This document shows positions 1 to 22,020 of a DNA stretch of 64,000 bases, one piece after another (position 1 is the first letter of the stretch; the number at the start of each line of letters is the position of its first letter). The notes below the pieces were generated by a model. It made no database searches. It had not been told where the DNA came from and saw nothing but the letters and a program-made list of their open reading frames with translations. This DNA comes from the human T2T-CHM13v2.0 reference genome, Homo sapiens. The translations under genes and the position numbers were made by a program. The stretch lies in the NCBI RefSeq assembly GCF_009914755.1, contig NC_060933.1. One strand, written 5' to 3'.

Positions 1-3241
<3,241 letters not shown>

Positions 3242-4879
3242 TGAGTTCCAACTGAAAAAGATAAAGATTTGCCTCTCTACCCACTTCTCTCCAGTTTATT
3301 CCTACCACTGTCTACCAAAATAGTTACATCTACATCATAGCTGTCCAGTGTTTACTATACGAGTATATTATGATGCATCAAGCTTATTTTCTGATAAGCC
3401 AAGCAATAAATATGTCACATTTCTTATATAATTTTTGTTTTTCTTAAGTTTATCTACCTCCTCTCAATATTTATATCCTAACTAATGCACCTTGCATATC
3501 TGAAAATGAATTTTTCTACCTTCATACTTCATTGATAGTTTCATTGGGTATTAAATTCTAGGTTGGAAATAATTCTCACTCTGAATCTTGATGGCATGGC
3601 TCCATTGCCTTCTAGAAATGATGCCATTATTCTTTCTAATCCTTTCTGCAACCCATTTTTCTCTGTAAGATTATAGGATTTTCTCTATTTCTTTGTGCTC
3701 TGTAATTTCACAGTGATGTATCTTAATATAAGGCTTTTCTCATTTGTTGTATGGGGTACTTGATAGGACCTTTCATTTTTGAGATTCATACCCTACAATT
3801 CTAGGACATTTCCTATGTTACTTCCTTAACACATCTCTCCTCATCACATCTCCTGTTCTCTCTGGGTCTCTTAATAGTTGAATGTACAATCCCTTATAAT
3901 AATCATAGAATTTTCTATTCTCTCATATTGTCCATCTCATTGCCTTTTGTTTCCACTTTTGATATTGTGCGCTTTATGATAATACCTGGTCACCTAGTCT
4001 TATTGTCAATACTGTGCATGGGCTTGAGGATTTGCTATTAAGTTGTTCTCAAAATTCTGCATTTATCACTATCTTCCCAGAATGTATCCCTTATTCTTAA
4101 AACATAGCATTACTTGATATATAATTTCAATTCAACAAACATTTGCCTTTAGCATTGTGAAAAGGACTTTATTTTCTTGTGAGTCCATAAATGTATTTTA
4201 AATTATTTTGCTCTAATTTATCTACCATTTGGGTTTTTGCAGTGGGAGAGCTAAACTACTGGAAATAAAAATTTCATATAATTTGTTTGCTAAATGGGAT
4301 TCTGTATCAGGCTTATTTTCAAATTTTATATGAAGCCTCTGCCAAACACTGTTTTTTTCTTATTTTTAGAATTAATTTTCATTTTTTATCAGAATAATGC
4401 AACTGCATTGTTTTAAAAGTCAGTTATGAGCTGCTCTGCCTATGGAGTAGCCATTATTTTATTCCTTTATTTTCTTTTAATAAACTGGCTTTCACTTTTT
4501 AAAAAAAAAGTCAATTATGAATAATCAAAAAATGAAATTGGGCTGAGCACGGTGGCTCACACCTGTAATCCTAGCACTTTGGGAGGCCAAGGCGGGAGGA
4601 TTGCTTGAGCCCAGGAGTTTGACACCAGCCTGGGCTATATGGTGAGACTGTATCTACAAATTTTTTTTAAAATTAGGCAGGTATGGTGGCATGCACCTGT
4701 GGTCCCAGCAATTTGGAAGGCTGAGGCAGAAAGATTGCTTGAGCCCAGGAGAAGGTTAAGGATGCAGTGGGCTGTGTTCATGCCACTGCATTCCAGCATA
4801 GGTGACAAACAGAGGCCCTGTCTCAAAAAATAAAAATAAAAACACACAAAAAAACTACAAAATGACAGCAATGAAAACC

Positions 4880-6816
<1,937 letters not shown>

Positions 6817-6933
6817 TAGAACGCCTCCTGGAGGATCTACCTGAGGCTATTTTACTTCTTTTTACATAAGTAGAAAGAGTATGCTCTAAAATAATGATTA
6901 AAAGTATGGTATAATAAATACATAAATCAGTAA

Positions 6934-7149
<216 letters not shown>

Positions 7150-8281
7150 TGAGTTTTCACCATGTTGCCCAGGCTGGTTTCAAACTCAAGCCATACCCCA
7201 TCTCAGCCTTTTGAAGTGCTGGGATTACAGACATGAGCCATTGTACCCAGCCCATAGTCATTTATTATCAAGTATTATGTACTATACATCGTGTATATGC
7301 TATACTTTTATAAGACTGGCAGTGCATTAGGTTTGTTTATACCAGCATCACCCCAAACACATGAGTAGTGCATTGTGCTATGATGATACGACGGCTGGAT
7401 CTTGCTAGGCGATAGGAATTTTTCAGCTCCATTATAATCTCATGGGACCACCACCATATATTGCAGCCCATTACTGACATAAACATACTTAGGTTATGAC
7501 TGTACTTGGGTTAAAGATGATAATTACTGTAATTGGTTGACTATTCTAAGAATAATAATTATAGATAAATACAAACATGTATGCAATATAATGGATATGA
7601 TTAATGTTTATTTTTAAAAGTTGTTTCAGTTTATTCAGCTAGTAAATATACACATATCTTGTTTTATTTAATATACTGATACTTTGTGTTTCAAAGCGAT
7701 AGACATAAGCTTTAGATTTAGTAGTCATTTGTATTTTTATATAACAGCATATATCTAGGTATAAAAGGATATCAGTAAATCCTTTATTATACATCATTAT
7801 GTAATGCTTATGTAAAATTACTCGAATATTTTATGCCCACATTAGTAAAGTTTCTTTTGTGTCACCAAAATATTTTTTTAACTCTTGGTGCTTTCTACCA
7901 TACTTAGTTAAGTTCCTAATAATCATTGCTCCTAGGCTGGGCACAGTGGCTCAGCACGTGGGTGGGGAGGATTGCTTGAGCCCAGAAGTTCAAGACCAGC
8001 TGGGCAATATAAGGAGCCCTTGTCTCTACCAAAAAAAAAAAAAAATACAAAAATTAGCCAGGCATGGTGGTGCATGCCTGCAGTCCCAGCTACTCAGGAG
8101 GCTAAGGTGGGAGAATCACTTGAGCCCAGGAAGCGAAAGTTGCAGTGAGCTGAGATTGTGTCGCTACACTCCAGCCTGGGTGACAGGGCTAGACCCTGCC
8201 TCAAAAAAAAAAAAAAATTTGTTCCTTATTGCCATGTGTTACAATGTCACCTGCCTTGTCTTTAAATACTTATGGTTTACA

Positions 8282-9187
8282 CAGGTAAACCTTGCTTTAT
8301 TGAACTTCACTCTATTGTGCTTTGCAGGTATTTCATTTTTTTTTTTTTTTTTTGAGACGGAGTCTCACTCTGTCGCCCAGGCCGGACTGCGGACTGCAGT
8401 GGCGCAATCTCGGCTCACTGCAAGCTCCGCTTCCTGGGTTCACGCCATTCTCCTGCCTCAGCCTCCTGAGTAGCTGGGACTACAGGCGCCCGCCACCGCG
8501 CCCGGCTAATTTTTTGTATTTTTAGTAGAGACGGGGTTTCACCTTGTTAGCCAGGATGGTCTCGATCTCCTGACCTCATGATCCACCCGCCTCGGCCTCC
8601 CAAAGTGCTGGGATTACAGGCGTGAGCCACCGCGCCCGGCCAGGTATTTCATTTTTTACAAATTGGAGGTTTGTGGCAACCCTGCATCAAGCAAGTCTAT
8701 CAGTGCCCATTTTTCAACAGCATATGCTCACTTCATGTATCTGTGCCAGCATTTTTTAGCAATGAAGTATTTTTTACTTTTGTGGATACATAGTAGGTGT
8801 ACATATTTATGGGCTACATGAGATATTTTGATACGGGCATGCAACATGAAATAAGCACATTGTGAAGAAGGGGTATCCATCCCCTCAAGCATTTACCCAT
8901 TGAATTGCAAACAAACCAATTACACTCTAAGTTATTTTAAAATGTACAGCTATTATTAACTATATAGTCACCCTATTTTGCTATCAAATAGTAGGTCAGA
9001 TTTATTCTTTTGAACATTTTTAATAAAGCATTTTAAATTATAGTTTTTTTTAGACATAATGCTATTGCACATCAACTTTTATGTGCACTGGGAAACCAAA
9101 AAATTTATTTGATTTGCTTTATTGAAATATTTGCTTTATTACAGTGGTTTGGAATCGAACCTATAATATTTCCAAAGTATGCTGGTA
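8282..9187 (+). mobile_element. Internally deleted Tigger1 DNA transposon, interrupted by the AluYb8 and an antisense L1MA-type 3' fragment (~8770-9010)
   Basis: 5' end CAGGTAAACCTTGCTTTATTG...TTTACAAATTGGAGGTTTGTGGCAACCCTG and 3' end GCACTGGGAAACCAAAAAATTT...GGAATCGAACC resemble Tigger1 termini. Confidence 0.75.
8336..8641 (-). mobile_element. Full-length AluYb8
   Basis: Diagnostic 7-bp duplication (minus strand CTGCAGTCCGCAGTCCGGCC), plus AACAAGGTG and GGATCATGAGG. TSD AGGTATTTCATTTTT. Confidence 0.9.
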
Positions 9188-10077
9188 TCTTGTCTCCTCT
9201 AACTACACACACACACACACACGCATATATATATACATAGAGAGAGAGAGAGGGACTTGCTCTGTTGCCCAGGCTGGAGTGCAGTGGCACGATCTCGGCT
9301 CCCCACAACCTGCACTTCCCGGGTTCAAGCAATCCTCCTGCCTCAGCCCCCCAAAATAGCTGGGATTACAGGCATGCACCACCACACCCGGCTAATTTTT
9401 AGTGTTTTTACTAGAGGTGGGGTTTCTCCACGTTGGCTAGGCTGGTCTTGAGCTCCTGACCTCAAGTGGTCTGACTGCCTCGGACTCCCAAAGTGCTGCG
9501 ATTACAGGCGTGAGTCACTACGTCGGGCCATCCTCTAATCATCTTTTCTTGATTTTTGCCTTTCCCAAATCCAGGTTTCATATTCAAAACAACAAAATTG
9601 TTAAGATGTTTTCATATCTAAACAACATTTGGGTGTTCTAAAGTAACCACCAGGTAACACAATGGTTTGCTCCTATACTACCTATGAAAGGAATGACGAA
9701 AGGAATAATTAGGTTTGTATAGAATATTGTGCATTATAGTCATAACTGCTGTGAGAACTCCCAAATCAGGGTGGTGTGCAGGTTAGGGCAGAGTTTTGGG
9801 AGAGGCGAACTGTTCTGTACAAAAAGGAGAAGAATCATAATGCTGAGGGGAGGGGAGGGACCTGGGAGAGGGGAGTGAGCAGCAAGCAGGGTGGGGCACC
9901 ACCTGAATGAAGGACAGAAGGTGAGAGCCCTTAGGGGCACAGCAGCACAAAAGACTTTGGGAGAAAAGGAATTAATAAGAGGGAATTTTTAAGTTGTTTG
10001 TCATGGTGTGTGCTATGGGCCTCCTTCCCTCTTGTCACTCTTACACTGTCTTTAGAAAAGTCATTCTTTTTTTGTGA

Positions 10078-10236
<159 letters not shown>

Positions 10237-11496
10237 TGAGTAGCTGGGGTTACAGGCATATGCCACCAGGCCTGGCTAATTTTTGTATTTTTAGTAGAGA
10301 CAGGGTTTCACCATGTTGGCCAGGCTAGTCTCTAACTCCTGACCTCAAGTGATCTGCTCACCTCGGCCTCCCAAACTGCTGGGATTACAGGGGTGAGCCA
10401 CTGCACCTGGCCTGCATGCAAGGCAAAAACACATCATGAAGGGAAGCTGGAATGGAAGTCTCCAGGGTAAATTCCTGGAAATGAGCAAGACTTTCAAAAG
10501 CTGTGGAATTGAGGGGGTGTCAAGCTGAGATCTCAAGGGGTAATGGACCCAATTAATGTCTAGGTTCTAGGTGGGAGAAATAGGAAGTAGCACAAGGGAT
10601 ATATCTGACATGATGATAAGATGGAGTTGGAGAACAGGAAGGCCCAGAGAAGGGTGGGGAGATTTAGAAGGAGCTGGAGGGTTAAGGGTCTTCTGGACTA
10701 AATAGTCGGGGTGGGGGAAACTATGAGTTAAGCTGGCACTCTGTCCTTCCCGTCCCACCCTACAGAAACCGAAGGCCAGACTCCAGCAGAGATTGAATCT
10801 TTTTTTTTTTGTCTCTCTTCCCACTTGTCTAAATGAATTATTATGTTAGCCCAGAGAGACAACTGAGATGGGAACTCTCAGGAAAAAAGAGGGCATCATC
10901 TTTATGGACATGGAGGGGTTACGGTTGAGACTAGGGCTTCTATCCAATACTCACAGACCATCTACCTGGATGTGGTAGAGGGGTTCAGGAAAAATTCCCA
11001 GCCAGGGACTGGATTATTAAGAGTTCAGAATAACCGAAGGGGAGCAGAGTCTTCGCCCTGTTTGTCAGTCCCCTCCATTTAGGTGTGCTGGCCAAGCCTT
11101 TCCTCCATTTTAGGGCTGATCTGGATAGTAATGCTGAGCCTCTGAAAGGTTCCAGTCGGAGGCTGGAGCCCTAGTGCTGTCCTTGTGGAGCTGAATCCCA
11201 TCTCATGGAGCAAACCCTATTAGAGATTTTGTCCCCTTCCTCGAGAGGAATACACAGATAACCCTTTTCTAAGGTTTTCAAAAGAAGAAAATAGAAAAAC
11301 ACTTTTACCCACATTACAAATGAATAAAAAGGAAGTAACATAGAGCTCCACTCCTGCAGCGGAGAAAGACTATCCATGAGTATAGTCTGCCTAGAGAGGA
11401 GAGACAGCATTGGACCTCAGCCCTCCTTCCTTTCTTGTCTTTCAGCATCAATGCAGAGAAAAGAGGAGCAGCAAAGAGGGTGCATTTCCAGGTTAG

Positions 11497-11827
11497 TGTC
11501 TTAGTCCGTTTGGGCTGCAATAACAGAATACCATAGGCCCATAGACTAGGTGGCTTAAATTGATCTCTCACACTGCTGAAGGGTGCAAATGCCAAAATCA
11601 GGGCACTGGCAGATTCAGTATCCGGTGACGCCCACTATGTCCTCACATGGTAAAACAGACAATGGGGTTCTCAGGGGTCTCTTTTATTAGGCCACTAATT
11701 CCACTCATGAAGGCTCCTCCCCCACAATCTACTCACCTCCCAAAAGCCTCGCTTCCTAATACTGTTGGACCGGGGATTAGGATTTCAACACATGAACTAG
11801 GGGGATATAAACATTCAGTCAATAGTA
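11497..11827. mobile_element. MaLR solo LTR (MLT1A/MST-type) inserted just inside the pseudogene intron-2 donor
   Basis: Starts TGTCTTAGTCCGTTTGGGCTGCAATAACAGAATACCATAG and ends AAACATTCAGTCAATAG, typical MaLR LTR termini. Confidence 0.8.
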
Positions 11828-12067
11828 GAAGGTTCTGCCTGTTCAGCCCAGAACTCTCAAGGTCTAAACTTAATCTCTCCTTTCCCATGAGGACCCCGGT
11901 CCACAGCCTCTGAGGCTGTGTCAGCTTCTAGAGCCCATTACTCTCAGAAGATAAAGCCCCCAGCAGGGACACTCATAAAAAGGAATCCGAATCTGGAGTG
12001 CTTAGGAGATTGCCTGCTCTGTCCATCCCCTGAAATGAAAGAATGATGGAGCCGGCCCATGGGTCTC

Positions 12068-12086
12068 ACCCACTAGATGGCGCTGT
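12068..12086 (+). promoter_or_regulatory. CTCF core motif (CCACTAGATGGCGCTG)
   Basis: Matches consensus CCASYAGRKGGCRS at every position (12070-12083). Confidence 0.7.
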
Positions 12087-12719
12087 GAGGTGCAGTGGGA
12101 AGAGTAGCTGGAGGCAAACCTTTGAGATTCAGATTTTGGACAAATATTTAACTTCCTGGAGGCTCAGATTCCTCCTTGAGATACACTTGGCCTGTATCCC
12201 CCACAACACAGGTATGTAGATCATACGGGATAACGTGTAAGAAAGCACTTTCAAGTATAACACGTGGTGACATACTTGAGCCTGTGGACTGTTGTCACTG
12301 ACCACTCCACCCTGTGTACCAGAGGCTGGGGCTGTCAGAGTCTAGTGTCCCAGGACCTTCCCCAGGCTTCTCTATGATCCCTTCACTCCTACCTTCACCA
12401 CGTGTGACCAAGTCCCCTGGTTTCCCAGCTAGGAGAGATTGCCAGAAAGGAGCTCATGTTGATACTGTACTTGCTTGCTCTTTGGAAAAGCACGTATTGA
12501 TTAATCTCTTCACCTTTGCTGTACCCCTTTTCCTAGCATGGCCTGTGTGACTCCAGGGCCCTAGTGCTGCTGAGGTTGGCATGGGAGGGGAATCCCATAG
12601 GAAGGGAATGTGAAAGAAAGCCCCAGCATGAGGAATAAGGGAAGTTCCACAATGCCCATGGTGTGGGAGAATGCAACTCCCACCAGGCCTGCTGGGCCTT
12701 CTATCTATCCCCATTCTGT

Positions 12720-13016
12720 TTTGTTTTTGTTTTTTTGTTTTAGAGTCTTGCTCTGTCACCCAGGCTGGAGTGCAGTGATGCAGTCTCACCTCACTGCAAC
12801 CCTTTACCTCCTGGGTTCAAGCAATTCTCCTACCTCAGCCCCCTGAGTAGCTGGGATTACAGACACCTGCCACCACACCTAGCTAATTTTTGTATTTTTT
12901 GTAGTGACAGGGTCACCATGTTTGCCAGGCTGGTCTCAAACTCCTGACCTCAAGCAATCCTTCTGCCTTGGCCTCCCAAAGTGCTGAGATTAAAGGTGTG
13001 AGCCATCATGCCCAGC
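12720..13016 (-). mobile_element. Alu in pseudogene intron 3
   Basis: Full Alu with TSD CCCATTCTG on both sides. Confidence 0.9.
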
Positions 13017-15619
13017 TCCCATTCTGCTTCTGGCTGAAGCTTGTATCTCCTGACTTTTGCAGCCATCTGGGCAGGCTTCCTGATGAGGGCAGCTTGTAGC
13101 AAGATGACTCCTGCTGGGAGGGTCAAGGTTGATTGACCATACAAGCTGAACTTCTGCTGTTTATGGGGGTTGGGGAAGATGCTCCTCCTTCTGGGTCCCC
13201 TTTAACTTCCACAGCTCCTCTGCCTGGGCCCCCCCTTCCTCAGAGGCCTGTCTCTAGGGAACTCTGCCAGCAGGTATTAAGATGGTAGCTTGTCTTCCTC
13301 AGCCCTGATATCCAGGAGCTCTAGAGATACAAGTCACAAAGAGAGTGCATTTCCAGGTTAGGGAGGAGAGAAATGCAGGAGGGATTTTTCCCAAACAATG
13401 GGAAAAATAAACTGAAATCTTCTGGGTCTAATTTACAGTCAATGTCTTGCTGACATGCAAAACAACACAGGCTCCCAACCCTTGTGAAATACTGAAGACA
13501 AGTCAGTCTGGACAGTCCTCAGCAGCTCCCAGATCCCAAAACCTGGCAGAACCATTTGCAACAGGAATGGAGCCAGCTTTTCTGGGGTCTGCCCTCTGCA
13601 CAGCGAGTTCCTGGAGGCTACAGTCCTGGTGTCTGGTAGTTGATCCCCAGTAGATTTTCCATTTGTCTTACTCACTGCTCTCCTAAGGGCCTCCAGCCTA
13701 ATTTAGGCCAAAGAATCTGCATTGCATCCCCCGCCCCGTCCCAATCCCAGCCCCACCTCAGGCCCACCTTCAATCCTCTCCCCCATTCTAACTCTCACCC
13801 CAGATTAGGGCCTGTGGGGTATCTTTCCCTAGAGCCCAGAAAGACGTACAGTCTCTCATCCCAAGGGAAATTCAATGACTGAATTGGCACTGATTGCAAA
13901 AGCAACTAGAATATTTGTGGCATTTACTTTTTTTTGGTCCAAAGATCTCAGGAAACCTTGAATCCTTCAGCTGTCAACATTCCTCAGGATAGCGTGGCCT
14001 CTCAGACCAGAGCACCCATCTCCATCCTTGCTGGAGAATGTCCCGTCAGCAGCAGGATCTGGGGGCAAGAGGGGCACCACCATTGAAAGAGCCTCATCCA
14101 ACACCAGCCCCACCTGGCACAGATACAGCCTGAGAACAAATTCTCATCCAAAGGGCAAGCGTGGACCCGTACAGTCCTCTGTGGTAAGGGTCAAAGCAGC
14201 AAGGAAAGATCTAAGCAAGATGGCATCAAAGTGCCCGGAAGCTTCCTACGAGAGGCCCAGCAAAGTTGCAGTAGGGAATGACAGGCAGAGTATGGAGCCC
14301 AACTTGAGGAAGGATAAAAAGAAAAAAAAATCTATTCTGGTGCTTAAAAAGCTACCCCATGAGGAGCCTAGGGTCTGACTTTTAGAAGGAGACAAGAAAT
14401 GGCTTGAAGTGTCACTCAGGGAATGACTTATCCAGGGGTCCAAGAGAGAACCTAGACCAGAGCCATCGGAAAACACCCTAAACATTCACTTGGACAAGAA
14501 GCTGGGCGAATGTCCCAGGCTGGAGACCATGGCCATGGTTCATGACTGTTGCCAACTATATATTGCCCCCTCCTGGGAAGTCCTGTATCTTTCTAGAAAC
14601 TGAAACCTTGGCACCCTCAATGAATCAGAATACTGCCTGAATACCTCTTGGAAGCTTTCCTTTCTTGATTCAAGTGCTACATAGGCACTAGAAGCCCAGG
14701 TGGTATGGTTTTGAGTGTGACAGAGGTAGAGGTATAGCTTACCTCTCAAAGTTGTTGAATCCATAAAACTTAAGGTGACAGAGGCCCAATCATGGCTCCT
14801 TCCCAGGTCCACCTTTCTCCCTCAGCACCCCATGTTTCCATGATGGCTAAGCGGAGGTTCTTTAGATCCTTGAAAGAAACCGTTAGATAAGCTGAAGCCA
14901 GGAGACAAGAGGATCACAAAAAAATTCAGTCCTCACCCCAGAGATTCCTTCCCTGCTTCCTCAGCTATAAGCAGGAAGTCCAAAAGTCCCTGAGTTTGGT
15001 CACAGAGGACCGTGAGTCCAAGAAGGAAAGCAGGCAAACTTTTAAGCTCCTTTTACCATCTTCAGGGACAAATTGTGTCAGAGTGAGACTGTTAGGGGGA
15101 CAAGAGAGGCAGTCCAAAGTCACTTCAAGTCAGACAATGGCAGGACATACCCAATGGATGAGAGTGATGTCCCAGCAAACTCTGGCCATAGAAGAGCAGT
15201 ACCTAGAGGCAGAGGACAGAGGGTAGAGGGTCTGAAGGGGCTCAGCACAGGGGACAGCATCTTCTCAGAGATTTCACTTTAGGAAAAAGATGTTGGAGAT
15301 TTAGGGATTCCTTCAAGAGCCAAAGATGTCAAGGAGATAGGAAGTCTAAGGAGACTCCAACTCCTAAGCCACACCCAGAAGATGTCCTGAAAGCCAGTGA
15401 GCCAGGAGATATCCAGAAGCTAAATGGCCATCTGAGTGGTCAAGGGCTCCAGTGACGAAGAAATGCCCCCCATCACCAACAGTGCTGGTGCCCAAGATCC
15501 GGAATGTCTAAGCCTTAAAGATGAGTTGAGGCTCAAATTGGAGTTAAAACTGCCAAGCCAGCCTCAGGTTTCCCAATGACGTGCCCCTTGCCTCAAATAG
15601 CCTAGCTACTCCATTCCCT

Positions 15620-17420
<1,801 letters not shown>

Positions 17421-18434
17421 CAAAGCCATCCCCTGTCTCAGCCTCCCATTTAACACCACTTGCTTTCCCTTGGCCCATTAGTTTTAAGCATTATTTATGT
17501 CATCTTACTATATTTTTGAAGGCATTTTCATATGTGACCTTGTATCTTGGCAAAGATCAGATATTAGGCAAAGAACTAAGAAATACAAATCTCCAGCTCC
17601 AGTATGATGAGGAGGTCCCTGCCTTGAGGTCCCTGAGCGCCCTGGATAACCTGCCTATACCCTCTTGGACTCAGATCCTGCCTTGGTTCTGTCAGTTCTC
17701 TCGTATCTCAACTCCTCCCCTAATCCCAGCAGAGCCTAAACTCCCAAGTCTGTTGACAACCCTACTGCACCCCTAGCCCAGGCTCTGCTCCATCACCTGC
17801 CAACATCCCAGCCTGGCCTTTCTCCTAGGTCTGCCCACCTCTGCATCAGTACAGCCACCTTATCCAGAGGGGCACAGCCAATCTTGGACTCCAAGCCTCT
17901 CCTTTACTGTTGACTCAAGTGACTGAGCTCAGACTTCCCATTCTGACAGCGGCAAGGTCCAGTGGTAGGAAGAGCAATTCCTACCACTCATAGCCTAGCT
18001 CACTACATGCAAGTAGACAGTGAACCAGTGGGTGGAGCTGATGAGTGAGTGATCTGCAGGCAGAGACTCCAGATTGGATGAACCACACAGTTTTGGCAAG
18101 CATTGGGTCAAGGAGCTCTCTGGTGGCTCAGCCCTGCCAGCAACATCATCCACATGGGCGTCTGTCTTCTGCCTGGAGGCACAGCGCCTTATCCATAAAC
18201 CTGTCTCTGGAAGAACAGAAAACGTCAGTGCACCCTCAGGGACAAAGCTGCCCAGGCTTAGCCAGTTTGCCTGTTCCAAATTGGCTCAGCTCCACAGCCA
18301 ATGTATGACCTGGGTGGTTTTTGGTATTGTGATCCATATGTTATGCTCTAGGAAAAAGTAAAAATGCCTCTAACCATATTTAGTAAATGGAACAGAGGGA
18401 GGATATATAGTTATCTATTTAAATATATATGTCT

Positions 18435-22020
<3,586 letters not shown>

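Larger units (their letters stand above)
11446..15610 (+). pseudogene. Unprocessed, degraded SPATA31/FAM75-family pseudogene (remnants of exons 2-4)
   Basis: Exon-2-like 11446-11491 (ttcag|HQCREKRSSKEGAFP|gttag). Exon-3-like ~12429-12490 (RRDCQKGA..., donor lost). Large exon from 13063 (tgcag|HLGRLPDEGS) with family motifs FLSPDIQE, SQLFWGLPS/HSEFL (13571-), QIRACGVSF...LQKQLEYLW (13801-13920), PISILAGE, ENTLNIHLDKKLGE, LNTSWKLSFLD..LEA and LPLKVVESI (14739-14765). Many stops and frameshifts. Matched to recalled SPATA31 proteins. Confidence 0.85.

Noticed and set aside
10740-11440. Possible exon 1 of the SPATA31-like pseudogene
   Set aside because: No ATG with the expected hydrophobic N-terminal segment and GT donor could be identified, so the feature starts at the exon-2 remnant.
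14028-14378. 116-aa ORF and neighbouring ORFs (13447, 13640, 14996) as independent small genes
   Set aside because: They are open stretches, mostly out of frame, of the SPATA31-like pseudogene exon. The homologous frame is broken by stops.
17430-18370. Unique-looking GC-balanced sequence after the L1 block as a continuation of the SPATA31-like exon
   Set aside because: No family motifs recognisable in the frames examined. It needs an alignment to decide.
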